A stretch of 64,000 nucleotides of DNA, taken from assembly GCA_029266635.1 (NCBI GenBank), contig JAQSWM010000012.1, forward strand, positions 22,324 to 86,323. The letters run 5' to 3'. Made by a program: the position numbers and the translations under genes. Under the pieces are notes generated by a model. The model worked only from the letters and a program-made list of their open reading frames with translations. It made no database searches and was not told the origin of the DNA. The stretch is from Sphingobacteriaceae bacterium (GTDB lineage: Bacteria > Bacteroidota > Bacteroidia > Sphingobacteriales > Sphingobacteriaceae). The stretch's first letter is position 1; each line of letters begins with the position of its first letter. This document shows positions 63,054-64,000 of the stretch, piece by piece.

Positions 63054-63896
63054 TTATTTGTGTGTGCTGGCGTAAGTCTGCACAATAGAGAAACCTGCTT
63101 CATCAATAGAATAAGTAAGCTTATCTATTTTAGAGGTAAACACATTGTACATGATAATTGCCAGGGCAGAAGTAGTAATACCTGTAGCAGTGTTAATCAA
63201 TGCTTCAGAGATACCGTTGGCTAACTGAGCCTGGTCTGGAGAGCCGGCTGAAGATAAAGCCGCGAACGCCTTGATCATACCGGTTACTGTTCCTAACAAA
63301 CCCATCAAAGTACCTACAGATACCAATGTTGCAATTACAGTAAGGTTCTGCTCAAGCATTGGCATTTCTAAAGCTGTTGCTTCTTCGATGTCTTTCTGAA
63401 TAGCAAGGCATTTTTGCTCGGTGTCCATCTTAGCCTCAACTTCCATCTCCTTGTATTTTTTAAGGCCCGACTTGATCACGTTAGCAACTGATCCTTTTTG
63501 TTTGTCGCACTCTAGCATTGCAGCATCAATATTTCCGGTGCTGATGAAACCCTGAACTTTTTTAACAAATACGTCAACATTGCCAGTTCCAGATGCTTTA
63601 TTGATAACCAGGAAACGCTCAAAAGAGAATACAATTACCATTAATAACATCCCGATAAGGATTGGAACGATAAATCCGCCTTTGTAAACCATGCCGAAAT
63701 AGTTGCCGGGAAGCGGGTGGGTAGTAGTAAGATCTGGATCTCCGCCACCTTCAAAATTTGATGGATCTCCCATCACAAATTTCCACAGCAGAAACCCGAT
63801 AACGATACAGATAACAATAGATAAACTTGCAAAAATGCTTGAACCTGAGCTCTCTTTCTTTGCTGTTGATGGTTTTGGTGCAGTTGCGGTTGCCAT
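63054..63896 (-). CDS. exbB: MotA/TolQ/ExbB proton-channel protein
   Basis: 280 aa. The C-terminal LLGTVTGMIKAF...GISEALINTATGITTSALAIIMYN is the conserved ExbB/TolQ core. Confidence 0.92.
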   Translation of the reverse strand: MATATAPKPSTAKKESSGSSIFASLSIVICIVIGFLLWKFVMGDPSNFEGGGDPDLTTTHPLPGNYFGMVYKGGFIVPILIGMLLMVIVFSFERFLVINKASGTGNVDVFVKKVQGFISTGNIDAAMLECDKQKGSVANVIKSGLKKYKEMEVEAKMDTEQKCLAIQKDIEEATALEMPMLEQNLTVIATLVSVGTLMGLLGTVTGMIKAFAALSSAGSPDQAQLANGISEALINTATGITTSALAIIMYNVFTSKIDKLTYSIDEAGFSIVQTYASTHK

Positions 63897-64000
63897 TTTT
63901 AAAAATTTTAGTTTTAGTTTTTAGATTTAAAGTATAAAGTTAATTTGATTTTTGTGCTTTAGTATCGCTTAAAAGCATTGGTTAGTATGCCTGCGAAAAA

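Noticed and set aside
1-64000. Search for CRISPR arrays, tRNA or rRNA genes, transposases, integrases, phage genes, reverse transcriptases, or large ATPase/nuclease defence genes
   Set aside because: None was seen. There are no regularly spaced direct repeats, no rRNA- or tRNA-like conserved blocks in the intergenic regions, and every ORF longer than 150 aa is accounted for by the calls above.

Overview
This is a chromosomal segment from a member of Bacteroidota, probably Sphingobacteriia (Mucilaginibacter/Pedobacter-like). That assignment is inferred from gene content: porV and gldJ, a 14-gene nuo operon with a short NuoG, TAnnTTTG-type -7 promoter boxes, DUF families typical of the phylum, and short intergenic repeats that translate as MLRQAQHD or VTLSVVEG. 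About 90% of the genes are on the minus strand.

Gene order, left to right:
- **1-5587:** the end of a surface-polysaccharide cluster. It holds a frameshifted rfbD, a WbpB/WbpD/WbpE/WbpA-like cassette for a 2,3-diacetamido uronic acid, and rfbA.
- **5860-7180:** an orphan 246-aa ORF followed by a 580-bp intergenic block packed with REP-like palindromes.
- **7180-18177:** housekeeping genes. These are a DUF3109/DUF3108/DUF2480 trio, a PpiD-like chaperone, lptC, an outer-membrane barrel, coaX, purQ, a polytopic membrane protein, a glycosyltransferase, a DinB-family protein and a HAD hydrolase.
- **18301-25130:** small accessory modules mixed with core genes. The modules are an MNT/HepT pair whose HepT has a nonsense mutation, a class II-like Fic protein, and a DUF4160/DUF2442 pair whose DUF4160 is frameshifted. 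The core genes are upp, uvrB and a YwbE-family gene.
- **25589-34555:** a second glycan locus with YfhO, GT2, GT4, a GT-A-like transferase, three methyltransferase-like genes and a Wzx flippase.
- **34677-44830:** typA, an orphan FeoB-associated-type mini-protein, ispF, divergent porV and gldJ, a BCCP-like protein, DUF4159, rsmE, a CorC/CNNM protein, ppa and dedA.
- **44884-58069:** nuoN through nuoA.
- **58131-63896:** a TPR protein, a PstS-like binding protein, a mini membrane protein, tonB, two exbD genes and exbB.

I found no rRNA, tRNA, CRISPR array, transposase or integrase, and no clear-cut novel defence or mobile system. The best candidates for follow-up are:
- the seven-gene TonB/ExbBD cluster with a PstS-like binding protein and no ABC partners;
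- the short repeat family with a covarying stem, which sits inside the nuo operon and supplies the C-terminus of nuoE;
- the orphan ORF plus the REP hotspot next to it;
- the methyltransferase-rich glycan locus;
- the three independently disrupted genes (rfbD, hepT, DUF4160).

All functional calls come from reading the translated ORFs and recognising motifs. No database search was run.
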